Source: Gordius albopunctatus (Eukaryota). Taken from it: 64,000 nucleotides of DNA. Position 1 is the first letter of the stretch. The number at the start of each line of letters is the position of its first letter. The stretch lies in NCBI GenBank assembly GCA_964276515.1, contig OZ193910.1, positions 3,968,001 to 4,032,000 on the forward strand, read 5' to 3'. The notes beneath the pieces were generated by a model. That model ran no database searches. It worked only from the letters and a program-made list of their open reading frames with translations, and had not been told where the DNA came from. Shown piece by piece: positions 1-12,321 of this stretch. The translations under genes were made by a program, and so were the position numbers.

Positions 1-263
1 ATGCAGGTGTCATAATGTGATGATTCCATAATACTATCCCCGGCAAAAGTCATGTACACGGGGCCGAGTTGGGATTGCTGAACTAATTTGTGGCCAGGCC
101 GGCCGCATAAACAAGGCAAAATTCTTTGTGTAGCTTGTGGAGGTGACACAGGACATGGCGTTAGGTATGAAGAAGTCATTTGACGGGGAGCTTGTGAATG
201 ATGGTTGTGACAATTTGCGGGTAATCCATTAGGATCTTCGATTACAGAACAATTGTGACAATT
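1..263 (-). CDS. unc-5: unc-5 exon, cytoplasmic (continues past window edge)
   Basis: cag acceptor (AG at 264-265), phase 0, open to the window edge (NCHNCSVIEDPNG...). Confidence 0.65.
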
Positions 264-3200
264 CTGTCATTCAAAATTGATATTTATTAATTTTGATGTA
301 AATATAATGAAAAATGGAAATGGTGACAACGATTTTGATAAGTTGATTGTGTTCTTTAAAAAGCTTCGCAAAGGAGTAAGTGGAAATTTTTAAAAAACTG
401 CCTTATAGGCACAAATATAAAGAGGGTTCCTGGTTGTAAAAAATACCATCCTTTAAGAATTGTCCAGGGCTTTTAAAAATTGTAAAAACCTAATGATTGA
501 GAGCTTATGTATATTTCAAAGTTCGTAATCGGAACTGAACAATCTACAGAGGGGGAGTTGTCACTATCAATTTATTTATTTTTATTAAAAACTATTGGCT
601 GTGCTACTTCTTGGTGGACAAAGTTATATTAGTTAAATTTGAGAAAGGCCTTTTTTATTAAAAATAAGAACTGCAATTTCTGCCTCGGGTGGCCATTATG
701 TTTTATTATAGATTTGATAAAATAACCAAATTTAAAACATAAAAAACGCATTACTTTTTTCGAAATTGAGTTTTCATTGATCAGATCACGCCTGTTCCTA
801 GCTGGACTACGACCCATGCGAGGTGAGTTTCTGGCTGGAGCCAATAAATCAGCCGGACAACAATACTCATGCTCCAAGGCACCCGGGTTGCCGTATACCA
901 CGGCGTTGGGCGTAACGTATGATTGACGTGGGTGAGAAGATTGATTGGCGTGTGGTAAAATTTTATTGACGGGTGGTAGTCTATGGCCGGAGGCGTAAGA
1001 TGAAGATCCAATTCCCGATTCTAGCGAGTCCGTCTCCTTCCGTATCGAATCGTACTCGTACCGAGGAAACTTTGCCTTAGCGCCGTCCAATTTTCGAGAA
1101 GGGGCAATTGAACTGGCCACTACCTCCTTGTTGTTATAGGCGTTGCAGAGAAAGGGCAATTTTTTGATTCCATCCAACCCCAGTAAGAGGCTCGCTCCGT
1201 TTAGGTAAGGGCTAAATGTATCTAAATCAAGACGACAAAATTTATTTAGTAAAGTTCGTAGGCGTAGCTAAATCCAAAATTTTTCCAAAATTTCATATGA
1301 ATATGGTTAAAATTACGTAAAATTATCATTTAGCCCCTCCCTAATTAATTATTGCTCCCCTCTAAATCCAATCCAAAACAATAATTCGCAAAGTTTTTGA
1401 GCCATAGATCGTTCCTCAAACATCTAAATTTATTAAGTTAGGGAAACTATGGAAAATCAAAGAAAGTCATCGTATGGGCTAACAATTTCTAGTTAAGTCT
1501 GTAAGCATAGGCTTAGCCTGGGAACGGTTGCGAAGGTCACCTGACGCATCCCAAATCCTAAAATTCTTATGAATATAATTATGATAATCTATGCAATCTC
1601 TACTATTTCCTGCATTCTCACCAAACTTCAGGAACCATCTCTCTGTCCCATAATTTATTCCAATTTAGGCCGCCACGTTTATTGTAATTTTAATTATTAA
1701 TATAAGTACAAAAGGTTTCGACTTAAAATATGGTTTAATTACTTGTAGCTTCATATTCCAAATTTCTGCGATGATTGCCGCTTCGCTTGTTTTTCCGCAC
1801 GAAAAAGAAGATGAGGAGAATTGACAAGAAAACAAGGGCACAAAAAGCGCATAGCCCAGTGTACAGAGCTATTTTGCCCAAATCGTGACGGGTTGAGGAC
1901 TCAACTACGGACGGTGAGCCTAAAATAGTTGAAACAAACATTGAAATAAATATATAAATTTTAATCATTTTAAGTAATTAAATTTTGCGCACAAAAAAAC
2001 GTTTGAGGTGGCATGAAAATAGTAACGAATTAATTCTTTTTTCCATGTGTTAGATGGTAAAACTTATGAGAAAAAAATTGTATGTAAGATTATAGATCAT
2101 TTAATTATACCCTTTTGCTAAGCCGAAATATAGTAACTCATAAATTCTAAATATTTTATCGAATTCAAACGTAAAACCCTTTCTAACTTTAGAAAGCCAA
2201 AAAGGTTATTCCAAGATCTTTATTTAAGAGCAATTGGAATTAAATGCCAGGATCAAGGTGAATATGTTTAATATAAGTTAAAAATACACGTATAATAAAT
2301 GTATCTTGTTGTACCGTCGTTGTAGCGCCCGTTCACTTCTACGTCAATCACATCTGTTTAAAAAACGAAATAAAAATGTTATACAATCAAAGATCCTCAC
2401 TCACCTAAACATTTCATACAATTTTTTTTTCTCTTTTTATAAATGATTTATTATAAGATTATCCAATCAATTTTCTTTTACGTGTTATACCCATAGAATT
2501 GGGGCAAAAATCGGTAGAACATGTTTCAGTTTCAACGTCGGCGCCTTCACAGTATTTTCCCCCGTTCATAGGAGCTGGGTTTAGGCAGGATCTCCTTCGG
2601 TATGTGGTGCAATCAGCATTACAAGTTGACCACAAACTCCATTCTGACCAACGCCCGTCAACTTTAAATTCGACAAAATATATAATATAGGCGCGCACCC
2701 TAATATTTTTTGCAAAACTTATCCACATAAATATATTAAATCAAATTGATAAATGGGCAATAAATAATTTTTTTGAAGCTTATTTTTGATTGGCTTCGAG
2801 ATTTTGTAAATGTCAAAGAATAAGCGAATTAACAGTAAAGGTTGTGTTTCGTAATGATTAAATATAAATATATACTCATGGGTGTAGCCATTGGAATTAG
2901 AGGGGGGGGGGGCAATAATGCTTTAGGGAGGGGCAAAATGATTTTTTGAAATTTTAGCCATAATTTTAATGAATTTCAACAAATTTTGCGCCCTCTTGGC
3001 TACGCGAGCTGGAGATAATTTTATTAGATAACATATATAATCTTTTGACTTAAATTTATTCACCCAATTTTGCAATTTTAAGCAATTATATCGTGTCAAG
3101 TTTAATAAAAGGCATAAAGTCAAATGATTATGATGGCGTTGGTACGCTTTTGTCGATTACATATTTAAAATTCAACAAAATGGAGTTAATAAAATCCAAT

Positions 3201-6200
3201 TAGGGGATTGCATTTAGAAGAGCATCAAAGTTAGTATGTAAAAAGTCAATATTCAGTTTCACTGGTTAAATCTCGCCTTTACATCAAAGAGAGCGCCGGC
3301 GCCTACAACATCTGTTTAATTAAATTGTATTTTACCGTATATTTATGACAATTAATATTTTGGCAGACTCATATAGTAGTCTAGCTAGAAAGGCACTTTT
3401 AATTAAATTCTATCCTTTTCCGTTACCATTATTACATATGGTCTCAGTTCGAAAATTTACTATATATCCCATTAAAATTACAAATTTTTTTACAATCAAC
3501 CGGGTATTTAATGAAGGATTGCGAATGGAATTTTGATATAAATGGAGCTTAGATTAATAAGGACCCACTAAATAATACTTAAAAATAATGATAAAATGGG
3601 AATATTTTGCTATATATTTCTTGTTTTTTAATTAACTATTTTCTTACTTCGGTTTTAAGCAAATAATGACTTAAATTGTTAACCCCATTTTAATTCGCCC
3701 ACCCCATCGCGAAAAATTCTGAAAAGATATACCTAACTTACTTCATTGATAATCGCTTTAAACGATCATCGAGTTCTACAGTTTTAGTTGAAGATTGAGA
3801 TTTGAGCAACAGAACAGGCATATATAATATTCCCCCGCTTTTTACTCTTGTAAAAGAGTAAAAGGTATCGCGACATTATGGCACCGTAGAATGGAGAAAT
3901 TAAAAGAGTTAAGTTGGGTGAGGTATTACTATTAGGTTATAAGTAAGTGGAAAGATTAACATTTCTAGGCTAGGAGAATCTAGAGTGGCGACTTTAGATC
4001 TTAGAGGGAAGCTTAGCTTTTATCTATATTGCTGATCAAATCAAACTTAAATACAATTCTGGCGCCGTCTCCATTAAATGGAAGAGATAGGCAGCAAAAG
4101 TCAAGAGGGGAGCGCCTGGCCGCCAATGATGCGCCTGTATAAAATGGTAGTGAAATAATATGCCATTTTAACATTTGTGTGTGAAATATAACGTAAAAAA
4201 GTGAGTTTTGAACTAAGTGAATCGAATACATGTTAATATTACTGCTTGTTCCTTAATGCTTAGTATGCATGTGTAACGCGATAGTTGTTAATGAGGCAAA
4301 AAGTAAGGATGCGCTGCTAGGATTTAATGGAGCAGGATTGATGAGATGGTGGGAGAAGGAAAGCCATTATAAATGGAATTTATTAAGGCAGATCACGGAT
4401 CATGCTGATAATAACGAGCGATTAACGATCTCGTTAATGGAGGAGATTCTGGCATTAAACGATATTTTTTAAATAGCTGCCACCACCCATCCAAGTTAGG
4501 AAAAACTGTTGGAATGTTTAATACGGTATTTGATGTTAAGCAGATTTATGCGCCACCTTTAAAAGTTAATCGTAAAGCACCCATCGTAAGAATTTTTAAA
4601 CAAGTTTATACTTTAAATTAACGATAAAACGTATTCGACAATAGGCTTTCCACTTTAAATGAGTTTTAAACTAAACTTGCTTTTTAGAACATTTAATTCG
4701 TTGCAGTTAAAATTCAGTATTTATAATTTATGAAGGAAATTGTCCTATCTTGCTTCCCCTTATTAAACTTAGTTTAGGATGGGTGTAGTCAACATTGGAA
4801 TTAGAGAGGGGGGCAACATTAATTTAGGGAGGGGTAAAATGATCCTTTTTTGAAATTTTAGCCATATTTTTAATAGATTTTTAGATTTAAAGGGGGAGCC
4901 GCCGCCCCCCTTGGTTACGCCCATGGCATAAATTGCAATAACTTTTGGGCAATATATATATGGATGTTGTTGTGTACTACTTACTCGGGCAATAATATTG
5001 GCAATCTTCCTTTTGTACGGCGGGACCTGGACACCCGTGTCCGTTATTAATGGGTTCTGGGTTGTTGCAAGTGCGATGTCGTTTGCGATAGCCCTTGCCA
5101 CAATTATTAATGCACGACGGCCAAGAGCTCCATTCCGACCAGCCTCCATTAACTGAAACACACACACACACGATGAAAGGCAAAAAGGTAAAGTGCTGCT
5201 GCTTTAAAAATTAAAGGCACGCACCGACCGCGGCGCAAGGGATAAGTAAAAGATAATTCAAAGCGTTTTTTTTAATTACAAAAATAACAACTCTAAAATT
5301 TTTAAACTTTTGTTTGCGCGCCGTGAAATTTATTGTCGGGATAAAAGAGAGCAAAATTTTAATCGCACCACGATTGACGTGCAAGTAAATGGCGACAAAA
5401 AAAGCTAAGGTAACTTTATATTTCGGTTTTGCCGATGCTAAAATTCGTATGACAGTTAACCTCGCGGTCTGGACAAAATTAAAAAGTTTGTTTAAAATAA
5501 ATCAAACCGCCAAATTAATATGCTGATAAGGAATAAATCATCGTTTCATTCTAAAAGGAAATTTGTATTAAAGGCGAAGCGTCTACCTGCGTGCACGTAG
5601 GTAAATAATTAATCACAATTTTAAAGCTAATTAATTAGAGGCGCATCATTGATAGGCAACGCTTGAAAGGCAAATCAATTATTGTTATTGCCTCGGGCCT
5701 GGGTAATGGCTCGAGGCCACATGTCGGTGTCATTATAAAGCGTCCTCCCAACCTTCTCTATATGAAAAAGTGAGATCTTTATCTCTAAAATTAACGCAAT
5801 TTAAGATTAAAGATGTAAAAACGAGGGTAGTCCCATCCCATCTATCAATTTTAACCATATTATTTTATGGTAGGGAGAATTTATTATGGTGCATCAAGGA
5901 TTTAAACGTGGTCCAGTTTAATCTTTTCAATAGCGGCGTTGCTTGTATTTAAACCAGACTTCTTATTGCTGATAGACAAGAGGGGGCAAGGGGGGTGGTA
6001 CTTAATTAGCCAGTGACCGGTGCTCAGTAATTGAAAAACAATAAATTTAAAAGGCATAAATTAAGGTTTAGAGCTTTAAATAGAGGTAGACATAAATTAT
6101 CCTTAGAACTTAGAAGTATTAAAGTCGCGATGACTTAGCAGGTGACCAGCATATTATGTAAAAAGAGACGGGGTGGCGTCTCTTACCCAACCCACGCTTG

Positions 6201-9200
6201 AAACAGTTCTCAAAGTTGTGTTGGGCAGGTGAAATACAAAACTAGAACAAAAATTTTGCCATCGTTTTCAAATAAGCCTCAAAAATTTATTTTAATTACA
6301 AGTTTCAGGTGGGTATGATGAGACAGAAGTTGCTGAATCCTCTCAGAAATAATAGGCAAATATACTTTGTGAACATGTGGGCCTAGCCGGGAAGGGCCAC
6401 TGTCCCCCTCTAAATCCAAAAAATCGTAAAAATTTCATATAAATATGGTACAAAAATTACCAAAAATCAACCTGCCCCCCCCTCTAAATCTAATAAATTT
6501 GTTAATTTATTTCGTTTTTCAACGAGGGGCATGCTATCCCGCGATTTTAAAGTATACCTGTGGTGGATATAATTATAATGAGGGTGACAGTGGCCGTGAG
6601 AATATTTAATCTACCCAATGGTTAAGGTTCCTACAACTACAGTAGGTAGGTGGTGGTCATTATTGAAGAATATTAAATAGGGGTTATTATAATGAAGATA
6701 ACGTTAATCTAAGTGTCAGGCTAAGCAGTGGGGCACAGATAACGTAATTTCAATTAAATAATGCGTCAAAGGTCGCTCCTTTTAAATGATTTTATGCATC
6801 TGAAACCAAGACTAATTAATTGTGTCACCAAATCCTTAAAATTCTTAAATTCTGCTAAGGTCACCTTTGTAATAAATGAATTCTTAGATACCTCAAAGGT
6901 CTATTCGTGTTAAAATTATTAAAGTATTTGAATTAGAATTTAAAAAATTTCCATAAATCTGATAAAGACTAAATAATCCTTTTGATCGTGTGCGTGAGAA
7001 AGGCTTATGCATTTTCCAGAATTTTTACCATAGCGCAAAAACGAGGTCAAACACTGCGTTTTCAAGCGAAATTAGATTTGTAAGAATGCTCGCTAAATAT
7101 TTCCCAAAGTAATCCCATTTTTTGTCTTATTTGTTTTGAGTTGACTTCCCAGTTTTGTCATTTTGAGCCTTCAGAAAAAATGCTAACGTTTTCAATTCCA
7201 CGTTTTAAAACGATGAATCGAATTAGTTTTCTTTCACGGAGATGAGGGGGAGAATCAATTTTAAGAGGTACAAAATAACCCCCCCACCCCCTTGTTTAGT
7301 ACCTACCACCGAAGAACCCTTCGTACTATCTTTAAATATTTTAATTCTGAAAGTATGCAAGGTTCAGCTGAAGCGCTACAAATTTCTATGCAGGACCATG
7401 CTATTCTTTTTCCAGATTTTTTTGCGTGGAATCCAAGAAGCGATAATAATAAAATCTACCGTAAACGTTGAGTGAGGCGGGTTCCGTAGACCTTTGATTG
7501 GCAATATTCTTGGCGACGCAACTGTAATTGCCTCGATCACTGAGTCGGGCCATGCTCAACAACAGACTGCCTTCGTTGGATAAGATCAAATTAGGGTCTC
7601 GCTCCACATCCAAAGGAACCCCGTCTTTCGTCCAATACACTATGGGTTTGGGTGTGCCTTGTGGGGGTAAGCACTGCAGTTCTACCGTGGAATTAATTTC
7701 CACGGACGTTGAAACGGGTTGTTTTTCAAAATATTTTTTGATGCCTGAAAAATAGTTATGAAAGAGAAAAATATTTCATTATGGTATGTTGCACCTTTAA
7801 GAGCTGAAATTACTACAAATTTATGCGGTGATTTTTGAATTGTGACCTTAATAAAGGCATGGACGTGGCGGCTAATCCAAAATTATGGCTAAAATTTTAA
7901 AAAATGATCATTTTGCCCCTCCCCACTCTAATTCCAATGTTGGCTACGCCATGAATATTCATCATATCTCCCTCAAGAGAAACTCATAAATATCGTACAT
8001 AAATAATAATTACTCATCTATCAAAATACTCCAACACCAATTTTAGATACACTTTTTTGTAATTTTTAGGAATTTATTTATCCAATTTAAAATGATAAAC
8101 ACGGCGTAACATAATATGCGTTAACGAGGTGCTAATGCTATAGTTAAACAACGCGCGCTCAACGGAAAGATTTATATGGAGCAAATGCTTGGGAGCTTTG
8201 TTGACGGACAACCCTATTCCTGAAAAAGCATTAAAATGAACCTAGCCAGAGAGTGAAATAAGCGCCTAGAAAAAAAATTGGAGAGTTATCAATCACATCA
8301 TAGACTATGAAGAATGCCACGAGAAAAAAGATAATTCTTAGTTCATCCCAATCGTTTAGCTTTATGAAATATAGGCGGTGTATTATGCATTCATAAAATC
8401 CTACTATTTTGAAATTTATTCTTTTGCCCAGCTCGACTGAGAAAAATTTTTGATTTTAAAAGCAACAAAAGGCAAATCTTTAATATAATTCATTATTTTT
8501 TTATTTTTAAGGCTCTTAAAATTTAAGTCTAAAGCATGCGCTCGTTAGTCCTTTTCAAATATATTTAGGACTTGAATCTCTTTTCAAAAGAGGTAAGGGG
8601 CCAACGACTTTTTAGTCGCCAATTATGTTTTCAAACAACGCGAGCCTATTCCCCCCTCAATTAATTTAAATGGAGGTGGAATTGAGTCCTTTCTAAACCG
8701 TCTAGGTTCAAGGTACACAATAGCGCGCGATGCTAGAGGACACCTCGATGTAATTATGATTCTGTTTGAATGAAAAGGATCTACCATTATTTTTTATGCC
8801 AAATGGGTGCTTTACTTTCCCAAGGATATCAAATTAAGCAAATCTAACCCACCCCCTCCCACATTGAATTCCACGCCACGTTATTATAATAATACACCGT
8901 CGTGGTGTATAATGCAATTTACATTGTGTCCTCTCGCCAGTATAACTTTTTACCTGTCCTTTGTGCAGGAGCTCGACAATTAAGTGAAACACGACAGCCA
9001 TTGTCTCGGACGGATGAGGAGTTGGATATATGTAACTCGAGAAGTCATATTTTTTATCAGATTGGCTTACGACGATTAACGCAAACTTAGTTTTGAATAA
9101 AATGAGATATAATCGCGTGTGACTAAATACACAAAGACCCCCTTTGTTCTACCTGTACCTTGAGAGAAGTGATTTTATATCAGAAACTCACTCTTTCGGT

Positions 9201-10926
9201 ACCACAATTTTAGAGATGATTTTCGAGAAATAGATTATACATCTAGTCGTCAGATTAACACACAGAGTCGAGTCAGTCGAAGAAGATATTTTAAATTTAT
9301 AACTATTGGTATTTATTATTATAATTCAAGACAAAAATGAAGGAAGAGTAAAACAAGTTGGGCACTGATTTAATAAACAGACTTTGAGGAGATAGATAAC
9401 ATATTTGGTTCAGTTCCCATGGGAACGACCCTCCAAAATTGGGTAAAATTGACCATTATGCCACTGCTAAAAGAGCGATGCGCATCTACACGTCACGTTG
9501 TAATTGAATCTCGTAAAATGCCTTCGTGTCCAGTTTTGGGTCCATTTGGGTGGCGCGACAAGATCTTGATAAGGATACATTAATATTTTCAAGTTTGTAT
9601 TGTTGTGCACGACACGACGTATCTCTCGGTTAAAACTCTAGAGAATAGTTGCCACTACTAGCAGCAGTGGTATCATTTTAATAATCTCTCCTAGGAGCCA
9701 TTAAAACTGCAATGAAGAATAAAGAATGAAGGGGGGGTGGGGAGAAAGTCAATTTTAAAAGATACGGACCGAGAGATAATGGTGTCTCACCACTGCCACA
9801 ACAAACTACTGGTCGTGGTCACTTTTGAAAGCTAATAACAACACAATTGTGTTCGTGTGATATGAAATGACATTAAAAAAGTTTGTTGTTTTTGTGACCA
9901 CAATATGAAAAATTCAAAGAGAATGTGTAAGAGCGTGCGGCAGGCGCCATTGAAAACAATGTGAAGAGATGTCGAAGAAAAAAGACGCGGCAGTTTTACC
10001 ATCATCCAATCGATGGAGCCTTATTTCTTTAAACTAAATCATACTACGGCAAAAATAACAAAAAATATAGATTTTCATTCTAAAAAGTATTATCTTTCGT
10101 ATGTTTATAAGCTAGGCTATTTAAAATCGTTTCCAGGTTTAATTATTTCAAAAATAAGCGGGAAAAAAGTTTATTTTTACTGAGCCTTATCCTAATTTAA
10201 GAAATTAAAGTTACCCAGACCAAAAACGCATTTGTTTATATATATATATACGAATAATTAAGGTAAACATGATAAAAACTAAAAATTTAAGCTAAAATCC
10301 CAAAAGTATGATTGTATTTTGTTCAAAAAAACTTATACCAAAACCACGCCTGGCTGATCAATAGACAATAAAAGAGAGACGAGCTAATGTTTTATAAATA
10401 AAATGGGTTGAAGCTTAATTTAATTATTATTATGATTTAGGAAAAGTTTTTTACCACCAATTCTCATATTATATGATGATGATCCGATGTTAATCAACTA
10501 TAAATTTACCGGCTATTTTGATTCTGGCTGGACGGCTAACCACTTGAGTAGCTTTATCGACGCCCGGTCTGTTTGTGTAGCCCGTAGCTAAGCAATGGCA
10601 TTGATATCCATTCGGGCCAAAATATTCCAAAACATCGTTGTAAGTTACGTCTAGCCCCGTCCTCAAAACCCTCTCACCACTTTCTAGCTCTATGGATTGG
10701 CTTATTAAATGCTGCCTTTGCCTCTTAGATTCATCGTTGCACGTGAAAACAAGGTCGGTAGCATAGGCGGCGCTACACACCAGAGATGCGCTATGGTGCT
10801 TGACTACATACGTATCTTTGGGTTCGATCAAAAAAACGGGATTTTTGTTATTAACCGCTGCATTAGGTTCGCCCCAAACACTATCTGGACTGAGATCCCT
10901 CCTGGCTGACAGAGAAGAATCTACTG
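1..10926 (-). CDS. unc-5: Netrin receptor UNC-5 homolog (multi-exon; first exon not located; 3' part outside window)
   Basis: Phase-compatible exons 10926/10920-10510 (Ig1), 7744-7460 (Ig2), 5152-4985 (TSP1), 2661-2491 (TSP1), 1919-1743 (TM), 1221-755 and 263-1 (cytoplasmic). Ig-Ig-TSP1-TSP1-TM order is diagnostic of UNC5. Junction IAG|IKKYFEKQP resembles vertebrate IAYLRKNFEQEP. Confidence 0.92.
755..1221 (-). CDS. unc-5: unc-5 exon, juxtamembrane cytoplasmic region
   Basis: Open frame between a tttag acceptor (phase 1) and an AAA|GTAATG donor (phase 0); GC-richer than flanks. Confidence 0.75.
1743..1919 (-). CDS. unc-5: unc-5 exon, transmembrane segment
   Basis: IALYTGLCAFCALVFLSILLIFFFV followed by basic RKNKR; phase 1/1 splice sites. 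Confidence 0.88.
2491..2661 (-). CDS. unc-5: unc-5 exon, thrombospondin type-1 repeat 2
   Basis: DGRWSEWSLWSTCNADC...RRRSCLNPAPMNGGKYCEG; donor could be 2491 or an in-phase site 9 nt further. Confidence 0.9.
4985..5152 (-). CDS. unc-5: unc-5 exon, thrombospondin type-1 repeat 1
   Basis: VNGGWSEWSSWPSC...CGKG...RHRTCNNPEP...C; A|GTAAGT donor. Confidence 0.92.
7460..7744 (-). CDS. unc-5: unc-5 exon, Ig-like domain 2
   Basis: LQCLPPQGTPKPIVYWTKDG...DRGNYSCVAKNIA; tttttcag acceptor, G|GTAGAT donor. Confidence 0.92.
10510..10926 (-). CDS. unc-5: unc-5 exon, Ig-like domain 1
   Basis: FLIEPKDTYVVKHHSASLVCSA...YQCHCLA...ARIKIA; donor G|GTAAAT; tandem acceptors TAG/CAG/TAG at 10921-10929. Confidence 0.88.
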
Positions 10927-11537
10927 CTAAAAATCATGATAAGATGGTTATTTGGATTTTATATTATAATCATTCCAAAAGATTAAATTTTGCCTATTTA
11001 GGGGGGACAACTAGCTATTTTTACCATTTTCCAAGATGGTTTACACTTTTTTATGAACTCAGGTTCGAAGATGGAAATATATCTAAAATTTGGCAACAAC
11101 CTGCAAAAACACCCTGTAATATCGAATTAATTTTTAGGTATTTATAAGGAAAGCCGATGCGTTAGAATATTATATTCATTACCAAATATAACATGGCCAG
11201 TGTTGATTCAGTATTTTGAAATTATCATCTTTTAAAATTATCGAGCACGCCGCTATTAATTTTTTATCAAAAGTTAGCCTTAAAAAACGGACAAACAAAA
11301 TCGTAAAAGATGAAAATCTCATTTCTTCTATGCCGGGGGTCTGTTTTCAGGAATTTAATCTGTAATAAAAAAAAAGCTGCTCACTGGGTTGGTATATCAT
11401 ACGGTATATTATTATCATTAGAGCGATGATATATCGTGATGATGGCTACGTTTGGTTGGGTGATAATGCTGATGCGTAATGAAAAAATTATTCATTCTTA
11501 AACATATGTTTCAAGCCTGTTTTGAACTAGAAATTCC

Positions 11538-11780
11538 ACTTCTGTGCAAAATGTAATATAGGCAAGGGTTTAGTGATTTATTTGATAATATGTATTTATT
11601 TATAAAATAGTATTATACATTTTGATATAACTTATTTTGTTTCAATTAACAATTAGAGTATCCTTTTATTACGTAGTTTTTTAGTACATATTACATGCGT
11701 ATGAATATGCGTGAAAACCGGTCTCAATCTCTAAAATGCGAATATTACATTTTGCACATATTACATTTTGCACCAGATTC
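11538..11780. mobile_element. Mutator-like MITE
   Basis: Inverted GTGCAAAATGTAATAT / ATATTACATTTTGCAC ends; 9-bp direct repeat AGAAATTCC at 11529-11537 and 11781-11789. Confidence 0.6.
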
Positions 11781-12169
11781 AGAAATTCCCATTACCCTAC
11801 ACCTTCTTTTGGATTTGGACCATGTATTATTTGTGCAAAAATTTTTTTGTAAAATTCAAAATCATAACTGCGTTGGTCGTTAAAAATTTGTGTTTTTTTA
11901 GATTTAGTATTAAAATTCGTACCAATATTTGTGCTTAGTTTTTGGCTTTTAAATTACTTAAGCCTCCCCCCCCCTTCCCCTAATATATGTAAAAAGTAAG
12001 GTTGTGTGGTAAATGGGGGGTTGCCTCGCTTATATGTTATATAATGTGCGATAGCCTGGGGTCTGTTTGTTTAAGAACTCATTACAATAAAGGTATAAGT
12101 ACAGGTATAATCTTTTCGCAAAATATTGAGATTTCGTGTCTTAAAATTTATTTAAAATATTGTTAGGAT

Positions 12170-12321
12170 CATGGGCTTAGCCAGTGTGCCCCCCCCCCCA
12201 TAAATTCAAGAAATCTCAAAATTTTTATTCATTTATGGCTAAAATTATAAAAAGAACTGTTATTTTGGCCATCACTAAATCATTATTGCCCCCTTCCAAT
12301 TCCAATCCTGGCTGGCTCATG
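12170..12321. mobile_element. GC-rich hAT-type MITE (family A) copy
   Basis: CATGGGC-TAGCCAG...CTGGCT-GC-CATG ends; flanks GTTAGGAT/GTTAGCAT (8 bp, 1 mismatch). Confidence 0.75.
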
